DNA of 63,408 bases, filler included, from Octopus bimaculoides (Eukaryota): assembly GCF_001194135.2 (NCBI RefSeq). It is 9 parts of 9 records of this genome, joined end to end, with 100 filler letters (N's around TTAATTAATTAA, not from the genome) between each part and the next. Parts side by side here need not be neighbours in the genome. Positions count along the whole stretch, not along the records: positions 1,798 to 15,957 come from NC_068984.1; positions 16,058 to 30,148 come from NC_069005.1; 7 more parts are not named here. One strand, written 5' to 3'. Positions 13,640 to 25,954 of the stretch are shown here, in pieces. The first letter of the stretch is position 1. Every line of letters begins with the position of its first letter. Both the position numbers and the translations under genes were made by a program. Under the pieces are notes generated by a model. That model made no database searches, had not been told where the DNA came from, and saw only the letters and a program-made list of their open reading frames with translations.

Positions 13640-14400
13640 ATTCTTCCCATCAACAAAGCTACTATCAAACATCGTCTCCACCACAAGTGATGCCTTTGCG
13701 CTATCGGTGAACCCAACTTTCGAAACCTCTTCGAAAAAAATGAGCTCTACTCTTTTTTACCTAGTTCTTCAAACCCAGTTTTATCTTGTTCGTCATCAAC
13801 TCGTTGTCCCTAAACACTAGCCTTTATTGGATTGAACAGATGGGATTCGGACGGTACCAGATCCAGGTTGTACGGTCGAGAAGGGACCTTAGACCAACCC
13901 GATTTTCCGATTCCTTAATTTGTTGCCGAAGGTGTGTATGTTCGCGCGTTTTTATGGAGAATGTGCGACATTTTCCGATTCTTGTTCGGTCTCTTCCTAC
14001 TAATAGACTCTCTAAACCTTTTGAATGTTTCAAGGAATTGCTTGTAATTCACGGTATTGCCACTTTCTAAAAAGAAAAAGAGAAAAGAAACTGAGGCTTA
14101 TATCATCCCTCAAAATAGTTACCATGACTTTCTGTGCTGATTACTTGCTTTTGAACGTCTTAGTCCTCGAAGAAAATGTGAGGCACTGTTCCATGGACTG
14201 GGGTTTCATGACCAGATCCAGATAAAAATTAGGGGGAAAGAATATTTTCCTTGGCTTCAAACGCTTCCAACAGATCAGAGCAGAATTGTACCCTACTTTT
14301 CTAAAAGTCGGGTGTCGAAAAGTTAACTACCCAGATACCAACTCTGCATACACTCTTTGATACCCAAAGCCTTCTCCCACAATTTTTAATGAATTGTGAT
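13640..14400 (-). mobile_element. Degenerate mariner transposase fossil
   Basis: Minus-strand pieces: KVMVT, LHKNART (DNA motif), PYNLDLVPSESHLFNPIK, FFRRGFESWVHR*RKGITCGGD. Many stops and frameshifts. Confidence 0.6.
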
Positions 14401-15011
14401 GATAGTACATTCTAGCTGGTGATCTTATTTAGGGATTTGGTGATTGCGATAATTGTTGTCGCTGCTGTTGTTGCATAGCCCTGGGCCATTTAATTAATGT
14501 TGCGCCAGTATGCAGATTAAGCTATCTACAACGGTGTTAGCCTAATTAATGACTACTTTATATAGAAGCTGAATGCACTCTGCAATTGATTGCGAAAGGA
14601 AGATGAGTACATTTTCTCAGAAGAACGGTCAACAAACTGCGAAACTGTCTGTCAAAAGAGTACCTCTTTTTTTTTTTTAATCTACACATCATTGATAAAC
14701 TACGTATATATTTACATTTGACTTAAAGCGATATTTCGAAATATATAAGTATGTTCCAATTCTTCTGGTTCATTCTGCGTTGTGTAGTGTGTGTTTGTGT
14801 GTGCGTGCAGAAACATAAACGCACAAAAACGCACAAGCGCAAATATTAGCATGTACAATTAGATTAAAAGTGGAAACGTTGGGGAATTAACGCTAGAAAG
14901 ATAGATTAAAAGATCTATAGGTGAAAGAAAGTGGCAGAAGCAGCTAGATAAACAGATGGAAATAAGAAAAAATATACATGTAGAGTATTTTTTATTCTTT
15001 ATTTTCTTTCA

Positions 15012-15223
15012 TTCTTTTACTTGTTTCAGTCATTTGACTGCGGCCATGCTGGAGCACCGCCTTTAGACGAATCAAATCGACCCCAGGACTTATTCTTTGG
15101 AAGCCTAGTACTTATTCTATCGGTCTCTTTTTGCCGAACCGCTAAGTTACGGGGACCTAAACACACCAGCATCGGTTGTCAAGCAATATTGGGAGGAGGG
15201 ACAAACACAGATACACAACATAT

Positions 15224-15278
<55 letters not shown>

Positions 15279-15444
15279 TACGACGGGCTTCTTTCAGTTT
15301 CCGTCTACCAAATCCACTCACAAGGCTTTGGTCGGCCCGAGGCTATAGTAGAAGACACTTGCCCAAGGTGCCACGCAGTGGGACTGAACCCGGAACCATG
15401 TGGTTGTTAAACAAGCTACTTACCACACAGACACTCCTGCGCCT
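15012..15444 (-). mobile_element. Bipartite SINE: tRNA-like head with CCTTGGGCAAG (CORE-like) segment, internal (TA)n, then 3' module
   Basis: Homologous copies at 28985-29630 (-) and 33679-34080 (+), heads at 16140, 36451 and 43957, tails at 54238 and 54455. Confidence 0.78.
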
Positions 15445-15497
15445 GTGTATATAAAAAGAGTGAAAGGTATCAAGAAAAGACAGTGTGAGGGAAATAG

Positions 15498-15583
<86 letters not shown>

Positions 15584-16139
15584 CCGAAAAAAGACATTCT
15601 GTTTTAATACCATCCAATTCCATCATTATCGACGTATAAAAAAAAATGATAAAACAAAAGAAATGCATGAAATAAAATATCCTTAAATGGATGGTATTTT
15701 TCTTCCGTTATTTTTTGCTTGTTCTTTTTCGTTTTCGTTTTCTATTTTTTTTTTTAATTTTTTGTTTTGCTGGAGGAAGCCAGATGTGTAAGTGATGCAA
15801 ACAATAGTTAATGGTTGATTGTGTTTGTTAAATCACGCAGCAAGATTAAGTGTTAGTATTTTTCTATTCTACCTGCCAACAGTTTTGCTCAACCCAAGCT
15901 TCTAATTGTTTCCAACCCCTAAACAGACAAAAATATATATATATATATATATATATANNNNNNNNNNNNNNNNNNNNNNNNNNNNNNNNNNNNNNNNNNN
16001 NTTAATTAATTAANNNNNNNNNNNNNNNNNNNNNNNNNNNNNNNNNNNNNNNNNNNNTAAGTACCAGTGAAGTACTGGGGTCGAATCAAAATGCCTAGAG
16101 TAGAAAGTATTACTTGTATTACATTTGAGATTTTTATAT

Positions 16140-16285
16140 ACAGGCATGACTGTGTGGTAAGAATCTTGCTTACCAACCGCATGGTTCTGGGTTCAGTCCC
16201 ACTGTGTGGCATCTTGGACAAGGGTTTTCTACTATAGCCCCAGACCGACCAAAGCCTTGTGAGTGAAAGAAGCCCATCGTATATA

Positions 16286-16338
<53 letters not shown>
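16140..16338 (+). mobile_element. Head module of the bipartite SINE followed by (TG)n
   Basis: TGTGTGGTAAGAATCTTGCTT...GGTTCAGTCCCACTGTGTGGCATCTTGGACAAG is homologous to 15280-15444. Confidence 0.7.
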
Positions 16339-16350
16339 NNNNNNNNNNAC

Positions 16351-16401
<51 letters not shown>

Positions 16402-18525
16402 CCTTTCTACTAGAGACACAAGGGTCTGAAGTTGTCGGGGAGAGTGATTTAGTTGCTATTTCTAACAGTCGAACGACTCAGCAGAAAATTTCCTTCACGA
16501 CTTGTTGCTGTTGTTATGTAAAGCCCTGGGTAAGATCTGATCAAGCAGACCTGTAATCAAAGGCATTCCACCTGTGACCATCCCACCGTCATTTCCTATG
16601 TGTAGAGAATGCTAGGCCACATTACAAAGATAGATCGTGTCCTTCGTGATTTGCAGGATCTTTAGCTGCTGTTTCTAGCAGATTGAGAAACCACTTAGAG
16701 GCTCAATCGTTCGCTTGTTATTGCCGTTAGTGGTTGTTGTTGTTGTTGCTGTTGTTGTTGTTGGTCAATCTTCATGAAGTAGATACGATATAAGGCTTTC
16801 CTGCCATGGCTATCTCTATAATATATACACATGATTTAGTCAGTGTATCCAACAACAGAGAGTTGTTTGAGGGAGATTTGGCTATCATTTTGGAGAGGTC
16901 GAGTGACGACATTAGAAGCACCTTTGCTGAACAATACACACACACACGCGCACACACACACACACACACACAATAGTGACTGCACGCGGGTTAGATTAAC
17001 AGAACATGGCGGGTGTGTGGGTGTGTGTGAGTTGGCCAGGGGATGTTTTAGAAAACATGGGGTCAAATAAACGTGCCCGAGATGCATTCACAGAACACAA
17101 CAGGTCGTTAACAGTAAACGAGTATGTGGACACGTTAGGAGATTGTGTATATGTATATATATATATATATATATATGGATGCTAAATATATGGGGCTAAA
17201 AGCAACAGTAACATCGACCCTTAGGGGTCAGCCACATTTAAGTGGCAAATATACTTCACTTTATCGTGCAGTTACTGTTAATACCTCGTTCAGAGATTTA
17301 ACATTGCTATAAATATATAGTTTTAGGGAAAAGAACCAAGTTTCAAGAACTCATCGATGAAAATCCACTATCACATATAGAAAAATTAATAATTAATCTA
17401 TAAAGCTCAATTTAATTTTAATTTTAATTTTTTAATTGATTTTAATTGAGTTTTTACCTGTAATTTTGGATTTTGTCCCTAATATTATTATTATTATTNN
17501 NNNNNNNNNNNNNNNNNNNNNNNNNNNNNNNNNNNNNNNNNNNNNNNNNNNNNNNNNNNNNNNNNNNNNNNNNNNNNNNNNNNNNNNNNNNNNNNNNNNN
17601 NNNNNNNNNNNNNNNNNNNNNNNNNNNNNNNNNNNNNNNNNNNNNNNNNNNNNNNNNNNNNNNNNNNNNNNNNNNNNNNNNNNNNNNNNNNNNNNNNNNN
17701 NNNNNNNNNNNNNNNNNNNNNNNNNNNNNNNNNNNNNNNNNNNNNNNNNNNNNNNNNNNNNNNNNNNNNNNNNNNNNNNNNNNNNNNNNNNNNNNNNNNN
17801 NNNNNNNNNNNNNNNNNNNNNNNNNNNNNNNNNNNNNNNNNNNNNNNNNNNNNNNNNNNNNNNNNNNNNNNNNNNNNNNNNNNNNNNNNNNNNNNNNNNN
17901 NNNNNNNNNNNNNNNNNNNNNNNNNNNNNNNNNNNNNNNNNNNNNNNNNNNNNNNNNNNNNNNNNNNNNNNNNNNNNNNNNNNNNNNNNNNNNNNNNNNN
18001 NNNNNNNNNNNNNNNNNNNNNNNNNNNNNNNNNNNNNNNNNNNNNNNNNNNNNNNNNNNNNNNNNNNNNNNNNNNNNNNNNNNNNNNNNNNNNNNNNNNN
18101 NNNNNNNNNNNNNNNNNNNNNNNNNNNNNNNNNNNNNNNNNNNNNNNNNNNNNNNNNNNNNNNNNNNNNNNNNNNNNNNNNNNNNNNNNNNNNNNNNNNN
18201 NNNNNNNNNNNNNNNNNNNNNNNNNNNNNNNNNNNNNNNNNNNNNNNNNNNNNNNNNNNNNNNNNNNNNNNNNNNNNNNNNNNNNNNNNNNNNNNNNNNN
18301 NNNNNNNNNNNNNNNNNNNNNNNNNNNNNNNNNNNNNNNNNNNNNNNNNNNNNNNNNNNNNNNNNNNNNNNNNNNNNNNNNNNNNNNNNNNNNNNNNNNN
18401 TTGGCGATTTAAATCAGAGGGCCGACCAAAGGTATTTTTTACCGATGTTACTATTACTACTATATTCAGAGCGCGGGCTACTAACCGCAAGATTCCGAGT
18501 TCAATTCCAGGCAGTACCTTGAATA

Positions 18526-18572
<47 letters not shown>

Positions 18573-18577
18573 TACTA

Positions 18578-18635
<58 letters not shown>

Positions 18636-18697
18636 GTAACATCAGCAAAAGATACCTTAGGAATGAGAACTCAGGGTTGGGTTCAAAATTCCACCAG

Positions 18698-18743
18698 CAC
18701 ACCTGATGAAGGCTGGAGCGTAAATCAGCCGAAATGCTGTGGT
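18698..18743 (+). ncRNA. Degenerate hammerhead-like motif in a repeat tail
   Basis: CTGATGA-A-GGCTG-gagcgtaaat-CAGCC-GAAA gives an intact core and 5-bp stem II. The downstream TGCT lacks U16.1 and stem I is only 3 bp. Confidence 0.33.
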
Positions 18744-19653
18744 TAACATGAGGACACATACCCGTCCAATGTAAATAATGTAAATAATGTACAGAATTCC
18801 TCATCTCTGAAAATATAAAACAAAAAAATTTTAACTTTCTATGTCGCGGACGTGAGGAAACAAACGCTCAGAAATCTGAGAGTTAAATCTTAACATTTTA
18901 AAACGTGAGTATGGGTTGTCTCCCCTGAACCAGAGGATAACACAACCCTTAAAGACACGAGAAAGCGAAACCAGCAAACGAGGAGATCCAAATTTCCTGT
19001 AGGTGGCGCTTGAAGCGAACACATTTATTCTTTATTTGTTCTTTTCTGACATATGTTTTATTGGCTATATANNNNNNNNNNNNNNNNNNNNNNNNNNNNN
19101 NNNNNNNNNNNNNNNNNNNNNNNNNNNNNNNNNNNNNNNNNNNNNNNNNNNNNNNNNNNNNNNNNNNNNNNNNNNNNNNNNNNNNNNNNNNNNNNNNNNN
19201 NNNNNNNNNNNNNNNNNNNNNNNNNNNNNNNNNNNNNNNNNNNNNNNNNNNNNNNNNNNNNNNNNNNNNNNNNNNNNNNNNNNNNNNNNNNNNNNNNNNN
19301 NNNNNNNNNNNNNNNNNNNNNNNNNNNNNNNNNNNNNNNNNNNNNNNNNNNNNNNNNNNNNNNNNNNNNNNNNNNNNNNNNNNNNNNNNNNNNNNNNNNN
19401 NNNNNNNNNNNNNNNNNNNNNNNNNNNNNNNNNNNNNNNNNNNNNNNNNNNNNNNNNNNNNNNNNNNNNNNNNNNNNNNNNNNNNNNNNNNNNNNNNNNN
19501 NNNNNNNNNNNNNNNNNNNNNNNNNNNNNNNNNNNNNNNNNNNNNNNNNNNNNNNNNNNNNNNNNNNNNNNNNNNNNNNNNNNTATATATATGGATATAT
19601 ATATAGTTGGAATTTACAGAAAAACAAAAGATGAAGACAGGTGAATAAACAAC

Positions 19654-19713
<60 letters not shown>

Positions 19714-19820
19714 ATGTATAGGTATACACATACACAGACTATATTTATGCACACACATCCGAATATATATATGTGTGAGTGTATGTGTGTATGTATGTAC
19801 GTATGTATATATGTAAGTGA

Positions 19821-19882
<62 letters not shown>

Positions 19883-20758
19883 TGGAATGATAAAAGGAAC
19901 GACAACTACAGACTATATAGAATCTCATTGTCTCCAGGGCATCTGTTTGGCTAGAAATAGCAGCTAAATCTCTCTCTTCTATCGTCTTAAAAAGAAACAC
20001 CTTGCATAGCGTAATCTTACATACACTGATCTGAGAACAGAAAAAGACGCGATGGTCACGTTGAGACGCTTTAATGATTGTTGACCTCGGTCAAGTGTCA
20101 CCTAGGGTTAAACAAACAAGAATCTTCTGCAGATGGCGCTTGGGCTGCTAGAAATAGCAGCCAGCCTCATTCAAACCGCCACCTACTGTTTCCTAAAAAG
20201 AGCACGACGTTTATCGACAACGTTGGGATAATTTTTCGAAACAGACGGGATGGGCACGGCTGTAATGCTCTTGATCATTTGTCACATCTAGGTGCGGACA
20301 GCTTGAGAGTGAGTAATACAAATGTTTGCTATAAGTTTTGGGAAGTTTCGGTATGTGTGTCTCACACAGACACACACATCCACCTACATGCACACACACA
20401 CACACACACACTCAAACATACATACACGTGCACGGTGGATGTATATATTTCCCCACCTCCCAACACCCTCACATCACACCACACTAATACCCTCGCATCA
20501 CACCACGCACACACTACAAACTGACCAACCCTTCCCCATTTTCACACTACATACGTCAAGATCACCAGCATTCTATCTCCCACACACAGCCCCTCGTTCT
20601 TCGATCACCGTTTGTTATCTCCCACTTCTCTTAGCTCTCCTGAAAAAGAATTTCTAACTTCCGGTCAGCCATTGTTATGATCATCCATTATTATGATTGA
20701 CCGTTGACTGGACACTATTCAATTTTTTTTCTCCGTGTTTTTCTCCTTGTCTCCGTAT

Positions 20759-20795
20759 TCTTTCTGTTGAAGAGCGTAGCTCGAAACGTCAAAGA
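20759..20795 (+). ncRNA. Minimal hammerhead-like motif with an A6-to-U core change, in a probable Penelope-derived repeat
   Basis: TCTTT-CTGTTGA-A-GAGC-gta-GCTC-GAAAC-GTC|AAAGA. Stem I 5 bp, stem II 4 bp, GAAACGUC minimal end. The core reads CUGUUGA rather than CUGAUGA. Confidence 0.45.
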
Positions 20796-21086
20796 CTTTC
20801 CGTATTCCCGAGCGTCNNNNNNNNNNNNNNNNNNNNNNNNNNNNNNNNNNNNNNNNNNNNNNNNNNNNNNNNNNNNNNNNNNNNNNNNNNNNNNNNNNNN
20901 NNNNNNNNNNNNNNNNNNNNNNNNNNNNNNNNNNNNNNNNNNNNNNNNNNNNNNNNNNNNNNNNNNNNNNNNNNNNNNNNNNNNNNNNNNNNNNNNNNNN
21001 NNNNNNNNNNNNNNNNNNNNNNNNNNNNNNNNNNNNNNNNNNNNNNNNNNNNNNNNNNNNNNNNNNNNNNNNNNNNNNNNNNNNNN

Positions 21087-21125
<39 letters not shown>

Positions 21126-21689
21126 GTATATATATGTGTTGTGTGTGTGTGTGAATATATGTACGTATACGTGAATATGTATACGTGTGTATATATATAC
21201 ACATATTTACATGTGTGTGTGTGTGTGTACACATATACAAATCCACGTGTCTGTGTGTATATGTGTGAAGAGATAGATAGACAGACAGACTGGAAGATAG
21301 ATAGATAGATTTTTTTTTTTCAATTTGAAGATGAAATGGTTAGTTCTCTGGTGTTTCGTTCGTGTTTTATTTATTTTTTAATTGGGTTTTTTCTGTAAGA
21401 AAATTCATATTACTTAAAATAAAGAATAAATTATACAGGTTTGTTAATGCTGTACTGTGCAAGGTAACGTTAAACTCGTCTGGCGGCCGTAGGAATATGA
21501 AGTTCTTTGCGGACCATCATTGGGCAGAAAGCCAGTGTCGTAGCTATATAGAGAAACGAACATGAACATCATTAGCATATAAGATTGTCTTGGCCTACCT
21601 TAGGTGAGCCCAAGGCCAGCCTTAGGTCAGACCTATGTGAGCTCTATGTCAGTTGGGTACTTCTTGGTTATCTGACCTCCATTAAGAAA

Positions 21690-22530
21690 TTGGATTATGT
21701 CTCCACGTTTTATGAAAAATATTGATACTTTTAGTAGCTGCTACGTTGCATTGAGAAGATTTTCTTTGTATAGCTTTGCTGAATTGCTTCGAGTTCCACC
21801 GTCTATTTTATACTATATTGTGACCATAGAGTGGAGGCGCAATCCCAGTGGTTAGGGCAGCGGACTCGTGGTCATAGGATCGCGGTTTCGATTCCCAGAC
21901 CGGGCGTTGTGAGTGTTTATTGAGCGAAAACACCTAAAGCTCCACGAGGCTCCGGCAGGGGATGGTGGCGAACCCTGCTGTACTCTTTTACCCCAACTTT
22001 CTCTCACTCTTACTTCCAGTTTCTGTTGTGCCTGTAATTCAAAGGGCCAGCCTTGTCACACTGTGTCACGCTGAATATCCCCGAGAACTACGTTAAGGGT
22101 ACACGTGTCTGTGGAGTGCTCAGCCACTTGCACGTTAATTTCACGACCAGGCTGTTCCGTTGATCAGATCAACTGGAACCCTCGACGTCGTAACCGACGG
22201 AGTACCAACATAACAGGTGACCATAGTTGGGAGTAGTAGTCCAAGCGACTGAGGGCATGTATATCCTCATAATTTCCTGTTCTCTTGTCCTGAAAGTTCG
22301 GAGGATCCATCCAACCAGCCGTCTGCATTTTATTGCCAAATTGGTAATATTCACCTGAAAAGATGCATCATTACTCATGCGAATGCCCAGGTCACATACT
22401 GATTTTGATTCAAGGATTGCAATAATTCCTCCTGGGCCAGTGTATCCTGTCTGCATTTCGTTCAGCTGTATGTGCTGATAGCGCAGGAAGTGGAATTCTC
22501 CAGCATTAAACTGCATGTTATTATCCTCAA
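21690..22530 (-). mobile_element. CR1/L2/Jockey-type LINE RT C-terminal fragment split by the SINE above
   Basis: Minus strand encodes NNMQFNAGEF...VCDLGIRMSNDASFQVNI...GWILRTFRTR. Beyond the SINE it continues as WSQYSIK*TVELEAIQQSYTKKI. Confidence 0.72.
21830..22216 (+). mobile_element. Full-length tRNA-derived SINE with 10-bp TSD, inserted into a CR1-like LINE
   Basis: tRNA-like head with a B box. GTGACCATAG is duplicated at 21820-21829 and 22217-22226. The 3' tail is shared with 42166-42450. Confidence 0.8.
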
Positions 22531-22664
22531 CCCTATCTGCATATTGTATCCAACTCCTGTTGCACATGCGCAATATTCCCAGGTTTCCGGATCCTTCGAG
22601 ATATCTTGCATTTGTTAGAAACTTTCTTTTTTCCCCTCTTTCTTTTACACACACACACACACAC

Positions 22665-22697
<33 letters not shown>

Positions 22698-23082
22698 CAC
22701 ACACACATATTTTCACTAGTATGCCTTGATGCAGTACACTTTACCAGATATTTCCAACTCATAAATGTATGTTGTTTTTGTTGTTGTTGTTGTTGTTGTG
22801 TGTGTGTGTATGTGTGTGTTTGTATTTATATGTATATATGTGTGTGTATATATATATGTATGTATATATGGATATATATATGTANNNNNNNNNNNNNNNN
22901 NNNNNNNNNNNNNNNNNNNNNNNNNNNNNNNNNNNNNNNNNNNNNNNNNNNNNNNNNNNNNNNNNNNNNNNNNNNNNNNNNNNNNNNNNNNNNNNNNNNN
23001 NNNNNNNNNNNNNNNNNNNNNNNNNNNNNNNNNNNNNNNNNNNNNNNNNNNNNNNNNNNNNNNNNNNNNNNNNNNNNNNNNN

Positions 23083-23117
<35 letters not shown>

Positions 23118-23161
23118 TATATATCACACGAAATTTACAAATTTTCTTCAATTTCTTGCAG

Positions 23162-24496
23162 ATGTGGAATCCGACTCGTCTTTTAATATTCCTGACGATG
23201 TTATGTTTGGTTTCCGTCCCTCAACAACAGTATTCGGTTGAAGCAATAGAAATCTGCGACAATGAAACACCGATGGTCGCACTTAAAACTCATTCTATCG
23301 ATAAATTTTATTACATCGGCTCCGTGTTTACGTTGCACGACGCTGGTAAAAAATTAGGCCAGTGCGGCAAAGTTTTGCAACGCGGTCTCCAACTGACTGA
23401 AGCGTTCCTCTGGTACCTGGACAAACACCAAGTGAAAGAAAGTGAAATTAAGACAGGCGGGTTGGTATTTGATTCCTGCTCTGATAGTAGTTTGGTCATG
23501 CAGCAGCTAGTATCTTTTGAGACAGAGCAGATTAAATGTACGTCGCCCCATGGTCTACAAATATCTCCAGATTCGATGTTATCCTACGTTGGTGCAGATC
23601 GATTGACAGACACCGTTGCACTTGCCAAGTCTTTAAACCGAACCTATAAGTCGATAATCTCTCCCATTGGCAACACAATGCTTCCAACCAAATACCCTTA
23701 TTTCTTGCAGGGCGCTCCCAGATATAACAATTCCAGTCAAGTTCTGGTAGACTTACTGAAAGATAACAATATACATTTCGTAATTGTCCTTTACCAAAAT
23801 GAAGAATTCTGGATAAACAAAAGCAAAGAGTTCATAAAACAAGCTAACGCCAGTAAAATATGTAGCGTGTATAACGCTTCTATCTCGGTAGATGCAAAAG
23901 ATTACGGCGCTGTGCTTGAACAACTTCAAGTAAGGAGAAAAACCTTGTATGTTGTGATTATTGCAGACGATGATGTCATATCATCTGTGTTAAAGGCAGC
24001 CAACCAAAACAGCATTCAACTCAATTCTTTTGTATTCCTTGCCATCGGTCTCACTGTACACGACCATAATTTCGCGAGTATAAAATCAGTAATCGTTATT
24101 CCAACAGTTGCGGCAAGCGATATCAATAGCATATCGACCGACTTCCTTAATAATTACAAGCAGATTGCTGCTAACGGGCAAGTTAATAAACCATGGATCA
24201 AAGCTTACTGCCAGGAGAAGAATAAACCAAATTGCACTGATGTTTTCACCAAAGAGAAACTGGATCCTACAGTTCCGTTCTTATTTCTCTCTCTTCGCTC
24301 AATAATGTGGGCCATACACGACCTGACAAAGACCAACAAGCATTTTTCCAAAGGCAATAAGAAAGCAATACAGCAAGAAATCGCCTCTGTTCGTCTAGAT
24401 GTTGATGGGGCAACGCAAAATGTCTTCGACTCAGAAGAGTTTTTGCATTCAAGCTTTGTGAAATATAAATTAAAGATCACGAACGTTTCCAGTTTG
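23162..24496 (+). CDS. Class C GPCR (mGluR-like orphan), coding exon 1: signal peptide + Venus-flytrap (ANF-receptor-type) domain, 445 codons
   Basis: The ATG at 23162 directly follows a pyrimidine-rich acceptor (tttcttgcag). MWNPTRLLIFLTMLCLVSV is signal-peptide-like. VFT-type motifs: IGSVFTLH, C-G, GGLVFDSCS, YPYFLQGAP, PWIKAYC. Consensus donor TTG|gtaagt at 24497 is phase 0, matching the next acceptor. Confidence 0.88.
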
Positions 24497-24618
24497 GTAA
24501 GTAGCAAGCTTTCTCAACAAAACCCTCTCAATAATTCTATCCACTCGATAAGTCACTCAATAACTCTATTTACTGAATGTAGGGCAACTGACGCAAAAGG
24601 CAACGAGTTGGGTATGTC

Positions 24619-24652
<34 letters not shown>

Positions 24653-24661
24653 ATGTGTGTT

Positions 24662-24700
<39 letters not shown>

Positions 24701-25050
24701 TAATTGATGAAGGAAATGGAAGATGGATTTAGCACTAGTCTTTATTCAGTATGATGAACGTTTCAATCCATCCTGCAACTGTCCATTATTGGTAGGATTT
24801 CGTATACCTAAATGCGTTGAATCAATTTTCCCATTATGCTCTCCCTAAGACATAAAGATTGTTCAGGCAGAGTTATCTCCCTTAACTAAAGACCTCAAAA
24901 TTGTGGGACCCGACCTCGTTTTCGAGGTTATTTTTGTAGTTAAAAAGAGTTATTTTGTCAAAAGCATACTTTATTTGGTAGTCGAAAGATTACTGAATGT
25001 TTTAATACCTCATACGTCAAAATCGGCAACTCAGTTTTCGAATCCATTTG

Positions 25051-25138
<88 letters not shown>

Positions 25139-25242
25139 ACACACACATACACACAAACAAACTCTGTTTTATATACTAAGATATAGATATATGTATATTG
25201 TTATTGTTGATGATGTTGTTTATTCTATTATATTTATTCAAG

Positions 25243-25954
25243 GCTGAGTATACCAACGGAAAGAAACTAGACATTTTGAATTCAGTTAGCGACTGCCCAA
25301 GCAACCCGTGTGTTGAATGTGGTCAGAAAAGTCCCGTAGTTCCGCCCATAACAGCCACTGCTGCTACGGCGTCAACAACCAAACGGCCGGCCTCGTCATC
25401 AATTGCCTCCATGGTCGTCCCCAGAGTAGATTTTCAAACAGGATTCATGGGTGCCATAGCAATGAGGTCTTCAGAAGAATTCGGAGTGAGAGACCAAAAA
25501 TGGATAATTCCACTGGGCGTGCTAGCCAGCCTCGGTGTCCTTTCAGTCGTAGTTTTCGAAATCTACATTCTTTACAAACTGTTGGGCACGAAACTGGGTC
25601 GACAATGGAGAACAATGTGGTTGGGCCAATTACTTCTTTTCGGTGTTTTAATTTGCTATTTAACGCTCTTCGCTTATCTACCGATACCCACGGACGTTAC
25701 GTGCGGTATCACACGGTTTGGCGTCGGTTTCAGCTACGCAGTCGTCTTTTCTGTGATGCTTGTCAAACTTATGGTTATTCTAACTTCAAAAACGAGCGAA
25801 GAAGCTTACCAAACTGAAGGCGTGGCTTCCAACTACCTAAGAGGTACCTACCAAATACTCATGTTCTTCTTTGCACTCGGAGTACAACTTGTTATTGACA
25901 TACAATGGCTAATCACGATACCTCCAAAAGCAGTACCCATCACAGACGTCACGG
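25243..25954 (+). CDS. Class C GPCR coding exon 2: short Cys motif, Ser/Thr/Pro stalk, TM1-TM4
   Basis: Acceptor ttcaag|GCT is phase 0 and in frame with ORF 25198-25965. TM1 WIIPLGVLASLGVLSVVVFEIYILY; TM3 with conserved Cys and LVK (equivalent to mGluR LTK); TM4 VQLVIDIQWL. Donor ACG G|gtatgt at 25955 is phase 1. Confidence 0.92.

Noticed and set aside
21830-21905. tRNA gene-like sequences (also ~1870-1938, 42380-42450, 53189-53260)
   Set aside because: These are SINE heads that continue into repeat bodies with TSDs and lack a complete cloverleaf.
24612-24617. Alternative donor GTATGT as the true end of exon 1
   Set aside because: It is phase 1 and incompatible with the phase-0 acceptor at 25243, whereas the 24497 donor fits.
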